Made by a program: the position numbers and the translations under genes. A stretch of DNA of 64,000 bases from a virus, in IMG/VR virus record IMGVR_UViG_3300049846_001316, positions 14,170-78,169 of that record; one strand, 5' to 3'. This document shows positions 39,842 through 48,781 of this stretch, one piece after another (position 1 is the first letter of the stretch; the number at the start of each line of letters is the position of its first letter). The notes under the pieces are model-generated. The model was not told the origin of the DNA. It made no database searches and saw only the letters and a list, made by a program, of their open reading frames with translations.

Positions 39842-40094
39842 ACTCGATCCCCATGCCGGCGGTTGACCACTCGGTCGTGATGTCCGCGTGCGGGTAGTAG
39901 TTGTGGAGCTCGGCGGTGAGTCGCTCGTGGGTGATCCTGCGAGCAGCAAACTCGTCGAGGTGGGTGCGGAGATCATGGAACTCAATCTCTCCGTCGTCCG
40001 GGTTGTACGTGAGGGTGACCGTGCCGTAGTCCGTCTCGTCTCGGAAGGGGCACAGGTGAACGATGGGTGCGGTCACACGGACTTGCAGGTTCAT
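39816..40094 (-). CDS. QueF-like T-fold protein (QueF-L type)
   Basis: LCP....DYGTV and THE motifs in 92 aa; the NADPH-binding ExKSxKxY motif is degenerate (EFHDLRTH). Confidence 0.65.
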   Translation of the reverse strand: MNLQVRVTAPIVHLCPFRDETDYGTVTLTYNPDDGEIEFHDLRTHLDEFAARRITHERLTAELHNYYPHADITTEWSTAGMGIECAVPRDSA

Positions 40095-40630
40095 GCGACT
40101 GCCCGCCGGCGAAGTCGGAACGGAGCGATGACGATGAGCGCCGGGAGGATCATGAGGGTCTTGAGCCAGAACTGGCCCCACAGAAAGTCGAGCGAGTGGA
40201 AGGCGAGCCAGAGGAACACCACCGAGTCGACCAGGCTCCCGACCGTGTTCGAGAGCACCACGCCCCACGTCCACTTGCCTCGCTCCGCGAGCGGCGTGTA
40301 CACCGCCCAGTCGAGTCCTTCCCCGAGCAGGAACGCGCACCCCGACGCCCACGCCAGAGACGGGGCAACGAGGTAGGACAGCGCGGCGCCGACCACGATG
40401 GCAGCGGCGATCTTCCACTTGCCGAGGGCGAGCTGGGCGCCGTCCCGCAGACTGAACGACAGACCGACGAACAGGACCCCACTCGGGGCCGTCCACGGGC
40501 CGATCGTGACGGTGTGCGGACCGCCGGGGAACGGCACGGTGCCCCAGTGCTGGATGGCGTAGTTGGCGAGGAAGATGCACCCGATGAATCCGGCGAGGCA
40601 GATCCACCCGAGCTTGCGGTTGAGGGTCAT
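40091..40630 (-). CDS. VUT family (YhhQ-like) preQ0/preQ1 transporter
   Basis: Multi-TM; LAN, G..F.LRD, SN.VG..VDS.VFL.LAF signature. Confidence 0.8.
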   Translation of the reverse strand: MTLNRKLGWICLAGFIGCIFLANYAIQHWGTVPFPGGPHTVTIGPWTAPSGVLFVGLSFSLRDGAQLALGKWKIAAAIVVGAALSYLVAPSLAWASGCAFLLGEGLDWAVYTPLAERGKWTWGVVLSNTVGSLVDSVVFLWLAFHSLDFLWGQFWLKTLMILPALIVIAPFRLRRRAVA

Positions 40631-40637
40631 GGTTCTC

Positions 40638-41219
40638 CTATTGCTTCCAGGCGAGGGCCTGCACGTCCCCGCGGTGAAGTGTGTTGATCTCGTGACGAGC
40701 GAAGTTGTAGAGGAGCGTGTCCTCGAGTGCCTTGGGGTCGACGTTGGCGTAGTACTCCACTCCGTGCGGAACGAACGTCTCTGATCCCCGTGGGCCGGGG
40801 TCATCCGTGAGGAACTTGTCCGTGTACTCCTCGGGCTCCATGTTGTGCCCGTCCACGGCTGAGTGCGGAGCCCGCGGGTCGCACGCCGCGGTCATGATCG
40901 CGATGCCGTCGACCTTGAGGAACTTCGCCATGTTGGCGACGATGTTGCGCCACTCGGGAGTGTGCTCGAAGACCTCGAGGCACAGCACCACGTCGAACGT
41001 GAGATCGCGCGCCGTCGTCCAAGTGGCAGCGTTGCCCACGTGGTCGACTCCGGGACCGGGCACGATGTCGACGCCCATGTACTCGGCGTCGGGGAACAGA
41101 TCCCGGACACCGCCGTTGATGTCGAGGGAACCGAACTCGAGCACGCTGAGTCCCTTCCACGACTTGAGGTTGCACCGCTTCACAGCGGCCTCCACGAACC
41201 ATCGACACTCCGCGTGCAT
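40638..41219 (-). CDS. Class I SAM-dependent methyltransferase
   Basis: VLEFGS.DING, Y.GVD...GPGVD, FDVVLC.EVFEH. Confidence 0.85.
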   Translation of the reverse strand: MHAECRWFVEAAVKRCNLKSWKGLSVLEFGSLDINGGVRDLFPDAEYMGVDIVPGPGVDHVGNAATWTTARDLTFDVVLCLEVFEHTPEWRNIVANMAKFLKVDGIAIMTAACDPRAPHSAVDGHNMEPEEYTDKFLTDDPGPRGSETFVPHGVEYYANVDPKALEDTLLYNFARHEINTLHRGDVQALAWKQ

Positions 41220-42367
41220 CAGGACTCCTTCTCGAGCTTGGTGATTGGCTTCACCTTGAGGGTTGGGTTCCCGAACCCCTGCCGGATGGAGGCACGGAGT
41301 TCGTTCTTCTGATCGAGCGACAGTTCGTCGCCCTTGAGCAAGTCGTCGATGTCGCCCAGGTTCAGCTTGCCGTAACGCGACATGATCTCAGGGCCGACGA
41401 TCTCCGAGACGGTGAGCGGGTCGACGTTGCGACGGGAAGAGGCGGTTACCGTGATCCGGTTCGACTCGCCCTCGAGTTCCATCAGCCCTTCCTCCTCCAT
41501 CACCTTGAGGAGGTGGGTGCGGATCTCGTCGGCCGCAGTCTCGGCAGCCTTCTTCACGTACTCCAGTTCGGAGAGGCGGTCCGCCATCTGCTCCGGCGGC
41601 AGCGACAGGACGCCGCCCATGTTCTCCACCATGCGGACCGAGCGGCACACGTGGTTGCGGACGCAGTACCGGCAGTTCGGGCCGAGCTTCTCTTCCTTGC
41701 CGTCCGAGGCGAGGATGCGGTCGAGCGTGCGCTTGAGATAGCTCCACGTCTCCAGCAGTTCGTCGCGGGTGTAACTGATCGAGATGGGCTCCCACCGCAG
41801 CAGATCGAACGTGATCCAGATGCGGGGCGCGTCCGGGTACAGGATCGCTGCCGCGAGTCCGTACATGCGCGCCTGGATGCGATGCTTGAGATCGCCGGGC
41901 TGCATCGGCGCCATGTACGTCTTGTAGTCGACGACCTCGATGTTGCCGTTGTCGAGTCGGTCGCACCGGTCGAAGATGTAGTTGAACGGGACCTCAAGCC
42001 CGGACGTGCTCTTGACCGGGAAGCTCAACTTCTGCTCGGCCGCGAGGACCGTGCGGCCCTCCCAGTCCTGTCGGACGTACCACTTCTTCAGGAGGTCGAC
42101 GCCCTCCTGCCGGCGTCCGTCGTGGGAGAAGAGCTTGTCGTACTCCTCGTGCCAGAACCCCTCCATCACCGAGAACGGAGTCTGGGGGTCAGTCTTGTAG
42201 AGCTCACCGACGACCCAACGCTCGAGCACGGAGTGGCATCCGGTGCCGAAGTTGGCGGCTTCGCCGGAGTCTCGGGGGGGCCGGTCACCGATGTACTTGG
42301 CGGCGTATCCGGCGGGGCAATCCTCGAAGTCTTGGATCGCGGTCGCGGAGAGAGAACGTGGCTTCAA
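41219..42367 (-). CDS. PD-(D/E)XK (RecB/Cas4-like) exonuclease
   Basis: LSAT...CP, G..CH..LE, DR.D, VVDYKT, Q...Y, C.YC....C. Confidence 0.85.
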   Translation of the reverse strand: MKPRSLSATAIQDFEDCPAGYAAKYIGDRPPRDSGEAANFGTGCHSVLERWVVGELYKTDPQTPFSVMEGFWHEEYDKLFSHDGRRQEGVDLLKKWYVRQDWEGRTVLAAEQKLSFPVKSTSGLEVPFNYIFDRCDRLDNGNIEVVDYKTYMAPMQPGDLKHRIQARMYGLAAAILYPDAPRIWITFDLLRWEPISISYTRDELLETWSYLKRTLDRILASDGKEEKLGPNCRYCVRNHVCRSVRMVENMGGVLSLPPEQMADRLSELEYVKKAAETAADEIRTHLLKVMEEEGLMELEGESNRITVTASSRRNVDPLTVSEIVGPEIMSRYGKLNLGDIDDLLKGDELSLDQKNELRASIRQGFGNPTLKVKPITKLEKES

Positions 42368-42491
42368 GAGGAGGGTTCCTTCCTGGGAGTAGAAGGTGCT
42401 GCGAGAGGGTGAAGAGAACCCCGGTCGGGCGGCTCGCTCGGGGCTGGGGGCCTGCGAGCTGGAGTAGGAGCTACCCGACCGGGGGACTGGG

Positions 42492-42638
42492 TTACTTGGT
42501 CGGGGTCTGGTTCCCGGTCCGTGCGGACTGCTGCATCCGGGGCGTGCTGCCCTTGCTGCTCACGCGCTTCGGGACCATCTTCCCGCCCTGCGCCATGTTC
42601 TTGCGGATCGGGCCTCCGCCCTTCCCCTTCATCGCCAT
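42492..42638 (-). CDS. Small basic protein (48 aa)
   Basis: MAMKGKGGGPIRK...; GGAG SD upstream; no acidic residues. Confidence 0.45.
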   Translation of the reverse strand: MAMKGKGGGPIRKNMAQGGKMVPKRVSSKGSTPRMQQSARTGNQTPTK

Positions 42639-42639
42639 C

Positions 42640-43371
42640 TCATGCTCCGTTTTCCGTGAAGAAGGTTGGGCGTGCCAACCGGGACCGTGCTGCATCAGCG
42701 TAGCCGGAATCGACCTCGATGCCAATGCCTCTTCGACCCAAGTTCATCGCCGCGACGACGGTGGAACCGGACCCGGCGAAGGGGTCCACGACCACTTCGC
42801 CCCGCTCTGTGCTCATCTCCACGAGGCGCTCGATCAGGGCGACCGGCTTCTCGGTGGGATGGATGTGCTGCTTGCTCCCGAGCTTGTCGACGTGGATGAT
42901 GGCGGAGCGGCGGTATGGGACTTCGCGGCGCCCCTTCTTGAAATACATGATCAGCTCGTGGCCGCAGCCCCAGTTGCCGTCGAGGTCGCCCATGCCGGGG
43001 ATGCCCTTGTCCCACACCAACAGCATCTTGTACAAGAAGCCGTAGTCTTGCATCAGGGGGACGAGGGCCGACTCCCACTCGTGGAGGCAGTCCCATTTGG
43101 TGAAGACGTAGAGGTCGCACTGCTCCCGAGTCTTCGGCAGGAGCAGTTGCATGGCCTCCCCGAACAGCGCCAGGGCGCCGGCCATGTCGCCGTCGTTCTC
43201 GATCTCCTTCACGAACCGCTTGCCCTGCGGAGTCGTGGCTCGGAAGCTCTTGAACGCCACGCCGTAGGGCGGGTCCGTGATGATGCACGGAATGTTGTCA
43301 GGGAGGGTCGGGATCAGATCCCGGCAATCCCCGTTGAGGATCTCTGAGCGACCCACGTTGACGCGCTTCAC
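42640..43371 (-). CDS. DNA amino-methyltransferase (N6-A/N4-C, beta class)
   Basis: TDPPYG, HPTEKP, VDPFAGSGS. Confidence 0.92.
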   Translation of the reverse strand: MKRVNVGRSEILNGDCRDLIPTLPDNIPCIITDPPYGVAFKSFRATTPQGKRFVKEIENDGDMAGALALFGEAMQLLLPKTREQCDLYVFTKWDCLHEWESALVPLMQDYGFLYKMLLVWDKGIPGMGDLDGNWGCGHELIMYFKKGRREVPYRRSAIIHVDKLGSKQHIHPTEKPVALIERLVEMSTERGEVVVDPFAGSGSTVVAAMNLGRRGIGIEVDSGYADAARSRLARPTFFTENGA

Positions 43372-43553
43372 GCCCACGCCCACTCGATCCCCTTCCAGAT
43401 GATGCCGCCGATCAGCACCGCCAGCAGGATCGCGAGCAGCGCGATGACGACCATCGTGGAGTTGACGGCGATCTTCATTGCCGTGGACATCGGCTTCTTC
43501 GGCTCGGGGACGACCATCTCGTACGTCTCCCGGTCGAATGGGTTATCGGACAT
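43368..43553 (-). CDS. Small membrane protein
   Basis: Single long hydrophobic helix. Confidence 0.55.
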   Translation of the reverse strand: MSDNPFDRETYEMVVPEPKKPMSTAMKIAVNSTMVVIALLAILLAVLIGGIIWKGIEWAWA

Positions 43554-44043
43554 GACTCACCACCTTCGATTCCTCGGTTCCGGTCACCGCGATCGGGTGG
43601 CTCGACACCAACGACTCGATGAAGTCGCTGACGCGGATTCCGATGGCGGGAACCGTCTCCTGGTCCTGTTGCACGATCGTCGAAGTGATCCTGCGGACCT
43701 GGCTGTCGTTCTTGAACAGGATGCCCTGACAGGCGTCCTCGAGTGCCTTCTGCATGTTGGTCGCATCGGCAGCCTGCTTCACCACTCGCCGGGTCTTGCC
43801 CTGATACGAGTCACGCAGGCGCCAGAAGAAGAACTGCACGTCCACCGCCCCGGTGAACATCCGGAAGTCCTCGCCCTTGAGGATGAGCTCCAACTCAGCC
43901 TTGACGGCCTGCTGGTACATGTCGAGTTCCGCATCCTTGAATGCGGTGGGGTAGGGCTTGCCCTTCGCTCGACCGATGCCGAGTGAGGGTGCCTTCCACG
44001 GGACCGGGTTGATGCCGGCGAGATACAGCTCGATGACGGGCAC
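43543..44043 (-). CDS. rusA: RusA-like Holliday junction resolvase
   Basis: D..N..KAL.D...G....NDSQV. Confidence 0.85.
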   Translation of the reverse strand: MPVIELYLAGINPVPWKAPSLGIGRAKGKPYPTAFKDAELDMYQQAVKAELELILKGEDFRMFTGAVDVQFFFWRLRDSYQGKTRRVVKQAADATNMQKALEDACQGILFKNDSQVRRITSTIVQQDQETVPAIGIRVSDFIESLVSSHPIAVTGTEESKVVSHVR

Positions 44044-44148
44044 TGGGACTCCTTGAGGGTAGAGGGTTCTCGACGGTCGGCCCCGGCCTCCCGGCCGACC
44101 CCACTATGAGTAGTGGAAGTGCGAACCGGAGCCGACCGTCGAGAGGCT

Positions 44149-44697
44149 TTATCCGTAGGCGCGACAGCCCCATCCGGACAGACCGTACTTGGCATACACC
44201 CGCTCCGCAACGATGATCTGCTGCTCACGAGTGGCGTGACCGGCGAAGTCAGCGAACTCGCGTCCGCCGAAGCCGTTCCACGTGGTGTTGGCGAAGCCGA
44301 GCCCACCGCTGAAAGTGCGCCCGACCATCCCCCAGTCTCCACCCGTCTCGCAGCGAGCGATGCCGTCCCAGTTCACGCCGCCGGAACGACGCGGAGTTGG
44401 AGTGCTCTGTGCTCGAGCCGCTCGAGCTCGCTCCTGGGCGGCTCGAGCCGCTTGCACTTCGACTTCGTGCTGCTTCTGAGCGGCGAGCCACAACTGGCGG
44501 TTGTGCTCGTCGATCTCGTGGGTGCGAGCGATGACCGCCGCCTGCACGATGGGGGACTTGCTCATCCCCTCCATCGAGACGGTCGGCTGGTTCATCGTCA
44601 CCGGGGCCTCGGCTGACGCATCGGTCGCAACGACGGAACCCACGGCTCCGACGACCGAGACGACAGCGAGGAACGCAACGCCCATGATTCGAGTCAC
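44149..44697 (-). CDS. Secreted resuscitation-promoting factor (Rpf)-like lytic transglycosylase
   Basis: Signal peptide, coiled linker, WDGIARCETGGDW...GGLGF...TW...ATREQQI.VAE....G..GW. Confidence 0.88.
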   Translation of the reverse strand: MTRIMGVAFLAVVSVVGAVGSVVATDASAEAPVTMNQPTVSMEGMSKSPIVQAAVIARTHEIDEHNRQLWLAAQKQHEVEVQAARAAQERARAARAQSTPTPRRSGGVNWDGIARCETGGDWGMVGRTFSGGLGFANTTWNGFGGREFADFAGHATREQQIIVAERVYAKYGLSGWGCRAYG

Positions 44698-45008
44698 TTC
44701 TTCTTGCCTTCGTTCGGGGACAGGTCCTCGACCAGCTGCTTGAGCGAGTCGGCCGACCCCGTTGCGATGCAACGGAGTCCTTCCTTCGGGACGACGCTCC
44801 TGACGCAGAGCATCGCCCGAAGACCTCGGGTCGTTCCGACGCTGGCGACCACGAACTCGTGGTTGTGGTTGCCCTGCTTCTCGACGGCCTCCATGATCAT
44901 CTTGGCGTCCGCCACGTCGTCGCAGAACGCGATCACGTCGTGGTTGAACGTGTCGAAGCAGGCGATGTACGCCTTCCGGCCGCGACGAATGAGTGTGTAG
45001 TCGGTCAT
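44694..45008 (-). CDS. Hypothetical protein
   Basis: ORF coupled to the Rpf gene. Confidence 0.5.
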   Translation of the reverse strand: MTDYTLIRRGRKAYIACFDTFNHDVIAFCDDVADAKMIMEAVEKQGNHNHEFVVASVGTTRGLRAMLCVRSVVPKEGLRCIATGSADSLKQLVEDLSPNEGKKK

Positions 45009-45039
45009 GCTGGTATTACCCCCAACTGGTTTGAGAAGT

Positions 45040-45243
45040 TTACGCCGTCAGAGAGACGACGTTGCGTATCTGCTTGCCTTTGCATCCCGGACAGGGCGAT
45101 ACGCTGAAGATTGTCCGGGGCACGGTCTGATCGTCCCAATACTTCCGATCAGCCTCGCGCTTGGAGTTGTCACGACGTTCTTCCCACGCCGCCGGCGCAT
45201 CGCACTCGTGGCCGCAGTCGAACGTGACAACCCACTCGTTCAC
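45040..45243 (-). CDS. Small Zn-ribbon hypothetical protein
   Basis: FDCGH...CPGC; GTG start overlaps the clamp stop. Confidence 0.45.
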   Translation of the reverse strand: MNEWVVTFDCGHECDAPAAWEERRDNSKREADRKYWDDQTVPRTIFSVSPCPGCKGKQIRNVVSLTA

Positions 45244-46346
45244 TTCGTGTCCACCACCGGCATGATGGTGCACTCGTAGCCGGTGCCGTCCGACACCTTG
45301 AACTGCTTGTCGGACGTGGGACCGAACTCGAACAACGTCTCGGTGCCGGGCTCGATCACCTGGAGTGCACCGATCAGCGACTGCGGGGCGACCGCGGCGT
45401 CGAACGCCTCGGTCGGTCCGTCGCTCACGGAGAACGTCAACTCGGACTCCCCGATCTCGGGCAGCGTGAGCTTGACCTTGAGCTCCGTCTTGGTGATCCG
45501 GAGATACGCCTTCGGGTACCGCTCGTTGCGGGCGACCACCAGCAGGGAGCTGATTCCCTGCGCGACCTCCTGCGGATCGAGCAGGCACGAACCGCCGAAG
45601 TCCTTCTGCACCACGGCACGGAGGTTCGGGTACGGGTGCTCGTAGATCGACGTGGAAGTCTGCGTGTCCTTGTCGAGCGTGAGCAGCAGCCGGTCGTTCT
45701 TGACCCCGAGCTTCACGTCGTGCGATTCCGCGACGAGGGCACCGAGCGCGGCCATCGGGACCGTGATCGGCTTCGCCACGGGGACCTCACACGGCACGAA
45801 TGCGGCCTTGTAGCCGTCACACCCGTAGAGGAACTCTCCGTCGATGTGGACGCCCGTGAGGGGCGCACGCTGCGCCTCGGTGGCCACCGCCCACGCCACC
45901 CGCCGGAACCGCTCCGACAGGTGCTCCACCGCGGCGAGCCCGCGGGTGCTGTACCGGTCGGTCAGCACGAAGGGGTAGTCGTCGTGCAGGATCGGACGGA
46001 TCTTCGAGTGCGACCGGCCGTGCTTGAAGTGGATGTACCCGTCCTTCTGCTTGGTGATCTTGACGGTCTGTCCGGCGCCGGTCGCGTAGTTGTTCGTGAT
46101 GCCGGCGAGCAAGAACGCCGGCAGGCGCCAAAACTCCGCCTCGGAGTCGTCGCTGACCTCGGCCTCGACCTGCTGGCTGAACGCCGACTCGAGGTCGGTG
46201 GCGAGCAGCCGCAGTCCGACACCCGGCAGGACTTCGATGATCAGTCCCTGCGCGCGGTCGAACGCGTTCCCCTTGACGGGGCACACTCGAGCTGCACGCT
46301 GCACGGCATCCACGAAGGTGCCTGCTTCAACGGTGAGGGTGGTCAT
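45240..46346 (-). CDS. DNA polymerase sliding clamp (beta/DnaN-like)
   Basis: ~368 aa; ATDLE, DDYP, LTGVH, DGYK, YPN, C-terminal IMPV. Confidence 0.85.
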   Translation of the reverse strand: MTTLTVEAGTFVDAVQRAARVCPVKGNAFDRAQGLIIEVLPGVGLRLLATDLESAFSQQVEAEVSDDSEAEFWRLPAFLLAGITNNYATGAGQTVKITKQKDGYIHFKHGRSHSKIRPILHDDYPFVLTDRYSTRGLAAVEHLSERFRRVAWAVATEAQRAPLTGVHIDGEFLYGCDGYKAAFVPCEVPVAKPITVPMAALGALVAESHDVKLGVKNDRLLLTLDKDTQTSTSIYEHPYPNLRAVVQKDFGGSCLLDPQEVAQGISSLLVVARNERYPKAYLRITKTELKVKLTLPEIGESELTFSVSDGPTEAFDAAVAPQSLIGALQVIEPGTETLFEFGPTSDKQFKVSDGTGYECTIMPVVDTK

Positions 46347-46885
46347 GCCTGGAAGATCTCCTCCATGTAGTGCTGCGCTTCCGCGAGCGTTGCCCGGATG
46401 TCGTCGATGGCGCGGTGAGTCTTCTTGCCGCGCGGCTGCCACGCCGGGATGTCCGGGCGCCACCGGGGCAGCAGTTCCTTGATCGTGGAGATGTCGATGT
46501 TGCGGTAGTGCAACGCCTCGGTCGTCAGCGGCATGTGGCGCTCCATGAAGCCGCGGTCGAAGTGAACCGACGAGCCCCCGAGCGGGAGCTTGACCGCACC
46601 GCACGTGTGGTGCAGGAAGTTGGCCACCGTGTCGTCCACCGACTCGATGTCCGGTGCGTTGTCGTGCTGGGCGCGGAGCACCGCGTCGAACAGGCCCGAG
46701 TTCTGATGCATGAGGAGTACGTCGTCCTTCATGCGGGTGACCCAGTGGTTGTCCCGCGGAGCCACGACCGTGGCGAGTTGGTCGATGAGCTCGAGTCGGT
46801 CACCGGTCACGATGAACGCGACCTCGAGGATCTCGTCCTCGTAGGCGTCGAGCCCGGTTGTCTCGATGTCGCACCAGACGATCAC
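46343..46885 (-). CDS. orn: Oligoribonuclease (Orn-like DEDDh exonuclease)
   Basis: WCDIETTGLD, MH..SGL, G.SVHFDR.F, HYR.IDIST, HRA.DDI. Confidence 0.85.
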   Translation of the reverse strand: MIVWCDIETTGLDAYEDEILEVAFIVTGDRLELIDQLATVVAPRDNHWVTRMKDDVLLMHQNSGLFDAVLRAQHDNAPDIESVDDTVANFLHHTCGAVKLPLGGSSVHFDRGFMERHMPLTTEALHYRNIDISTIKELLPRWRPDIPAWQPRGKKTHRAIDDIRATLAEAQHYMEEIFQA

Positions 46886-47058
46886 GCGTCCTCCCCCACG
46901 GTGATGTGGACCGTGCCCATGAAGGTGTCCACGTCGAGTTCGTAGTAGCGGTCGTCGTCGGCCTCGATGTTCGAGACGGCAACGCACACTTCCAGGTCGT
47001 TGGAGTATCCGGCGAGGATCTCCTTGAGCTGACCAACGGTCATTGAGGGTTCTTCTCC

Positions 47059-47250
47059 TTATCCGAACTTGCGGTTGCCGAGGTCGACGACCGCGGACTT
47101 CGGGACCCGCCAGCGGTTCCCGATCTTGATGGCGGTGAGCTTGCCCTCCTTGATCCACGTCCGGATGGTCGAGGGCTTCATGGAGAAGAGTTCCGCGACC
47201 TCCTCCGGCGAATACATCTTCTCCGGCTCGGCGTCCGGTGCGGTGGTCAT
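47059..47250 (-). CDS. Excisionase-like helix-turn-helix DNA-binding protein
   Basis: YSPEEVAE......TIRTWIKEGKL.A.KIG..WRV. Confidence 0.85.
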   Translation of the reverse strand: MTTAPDAEPEKMYSPEEVAELFSMKPSTIRTWIKEGKLTAIKIGNRWRVPKSAVVDLGNRKFG

Positions 47251-47341
47251 CGGTCCTCCTTCTTCTTGTGTCGGGCACAGGTGTGCCGCAGGATCGGGTT
47301 CACGCTGACCGTGCACCCGCAGACGAGTCGATAGAACGCCT

Positions 47342-48781
47342 TCACGATTCCTCCCCTCGCAGGGCCTTGTATACGGCCCGCTTCCAGTCGGACTCCTCGA
47401 TCACGGCGTCCTTCATTTCGAGCTTCTTCTTGATGATCTGCCGGACTCGGTATTCGACCGTGCCCTTGCAGAGGAACCGGTAGTACTCCACGCTCTCGCC
47501 CTCGGCGCCGATGCGGTGGATACGGTCCTCGGCCTGCTGGTTCATCATCGGGGACCACAACTCGTCCACGAAGAACGCCACCGAAGCGGCGGTCATGTTC
47601 AGGCCGGCAGCCGCGACTTGCAACATGCAGACGATCGGCTTCGGGTCCGGGTCGTCAGACCACTCCCTGACCACGCTCGCGCGGTCCGCGCTGTTCACGT
47701 CTCCATGCAGCACGGGGATGCCCCCGATGCCAGCGACGTTGAGCCGTTGTACGAGTGCATACAGCACGTCCCGGAACTGGGTGAAGATGACGACCTTGCG
47801 GCCGGTGTTGTACAGCTCCATGGTCCGCGCGACCACTTCGTCGAGCTTCTCGGACGAGTCCTCGTAGCCGGGGATCGTCGCGGTGGTGCCGCATATCTGC
47901 TTGAGCTTGAGAGCTTTGACCAGGCTGTTCTCGAGCTCCATGGGCTCGGGCTCGCCCGGCAAGTCGATCTGGAGCTCGGACTCAGCCTGGGCGTAGAGCC
48001 GTTCCTGCAACTCGGAGAGGCCGACCACGATGTCGATGTGACGCTTCTCGGGCAGGTCGAGCACGTCCTCTTTCCGCCGGCGGATCATCACCGACGCCAC
48101 TTCGGCACGTAGCTCGCTCTCGTTCTTGATGCCGACGACCTGCTTGTCCTTGAAGCCACCGAACATCGCGTACCGGTTCATGAACCGGAAGTAGTTGTTC
48201 CAGCGCCGCGGGTTGATGCGGTGGAGTTGCCCCCACAGGTCGCCCACGTTGTTCAGCATCGGAGTCCCGGTCACGAGCAGGAACCGGTCAGCCACGAGCT
48301 TGTGGGTGGCCTTGGTCCGCACGGACTTGTACCCCTTGATGTAATGGGACTCGTCGAGGATGACGATGCCGAAGCCCATGGTGTTGAGCCGGTCGACGTA
48401 CTTGGGCAGGAGTTCGTAGTTGATGATGGTCACGTCGAACACGAACTCGCCGTCAAGGAGTTGGGCTTCACGCTTCTTGGGCGTGCCGTCCACCACGACG
48501 TAGGAGAAGTTCGTGTGCTTGGCGATTTCTTCGGCCCAGTTGCCCTTGAGCGTGGCGGGGCAGACGATCAGCAACTTCTTGGCCCGACCCATTTCGAAGT
48601 CGATGCCGGCGAGGGTCAGCGCCTCGAGGGACTTGCCGAGGCCCATGTCGTCAGCGAGGAGCCACGAGTCTCGGGTCTTGGCCATCTGGCGGATGGCTTC
48701 GAGTTGGTGGGGGTAGTAGGTGATCGTGTCCTTGATCTTGCTCAGTGATCCTCGACCATGCGGTGCAGCCATGCGTGCCAT
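47342..48781 (-). CDS. SNF2-family helicase
   Basis: LADDMGLGKS, LDESH, TGTP, GLNMT.A, QAEDRIHRIG. Confidence 0.92.
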   Translation of the reverse strand: MARMAAPHGRGSLSKIKDTITYYPHQLEAIRQMAKTRDSWLLADDMGLGKSLEALTLAGIDFEMGRAKKLLIVCPATLKGNWAEEIAKHTNFSYVVVDGTPKKREAQLLDGEFVFDVTIINYELLPKYVDRLNTMGFGIVILDESHYIKGYKSVRTKATHKLVADRFLLVTGTPMLNNVGDLWGQLHRINPRRWNNYFRFMNRYAMFGGFKDKQVVGIKNESELRAEVASVMIRRRKEDVLDLPEKRHIDIVVGLSELQERLYAQAESELQIDLPGEPEPMELENSLVKALKLKQICGTTATIPGYEDSSEKLDEVVARTMELYNTGRKVVIFTQFRDVLYALVQRLNVAGIGGIPVLHGDVNSADRASVVREWSDDPDPKPIVCMLQVAAAGLNMTAASVAFFVDELWSPMMNQQAEDRIHRIGAEGESVEYYRFLCKGTVEYRVRQIIKKKLEMKDAVIEESDWKRAVYKALRGEES

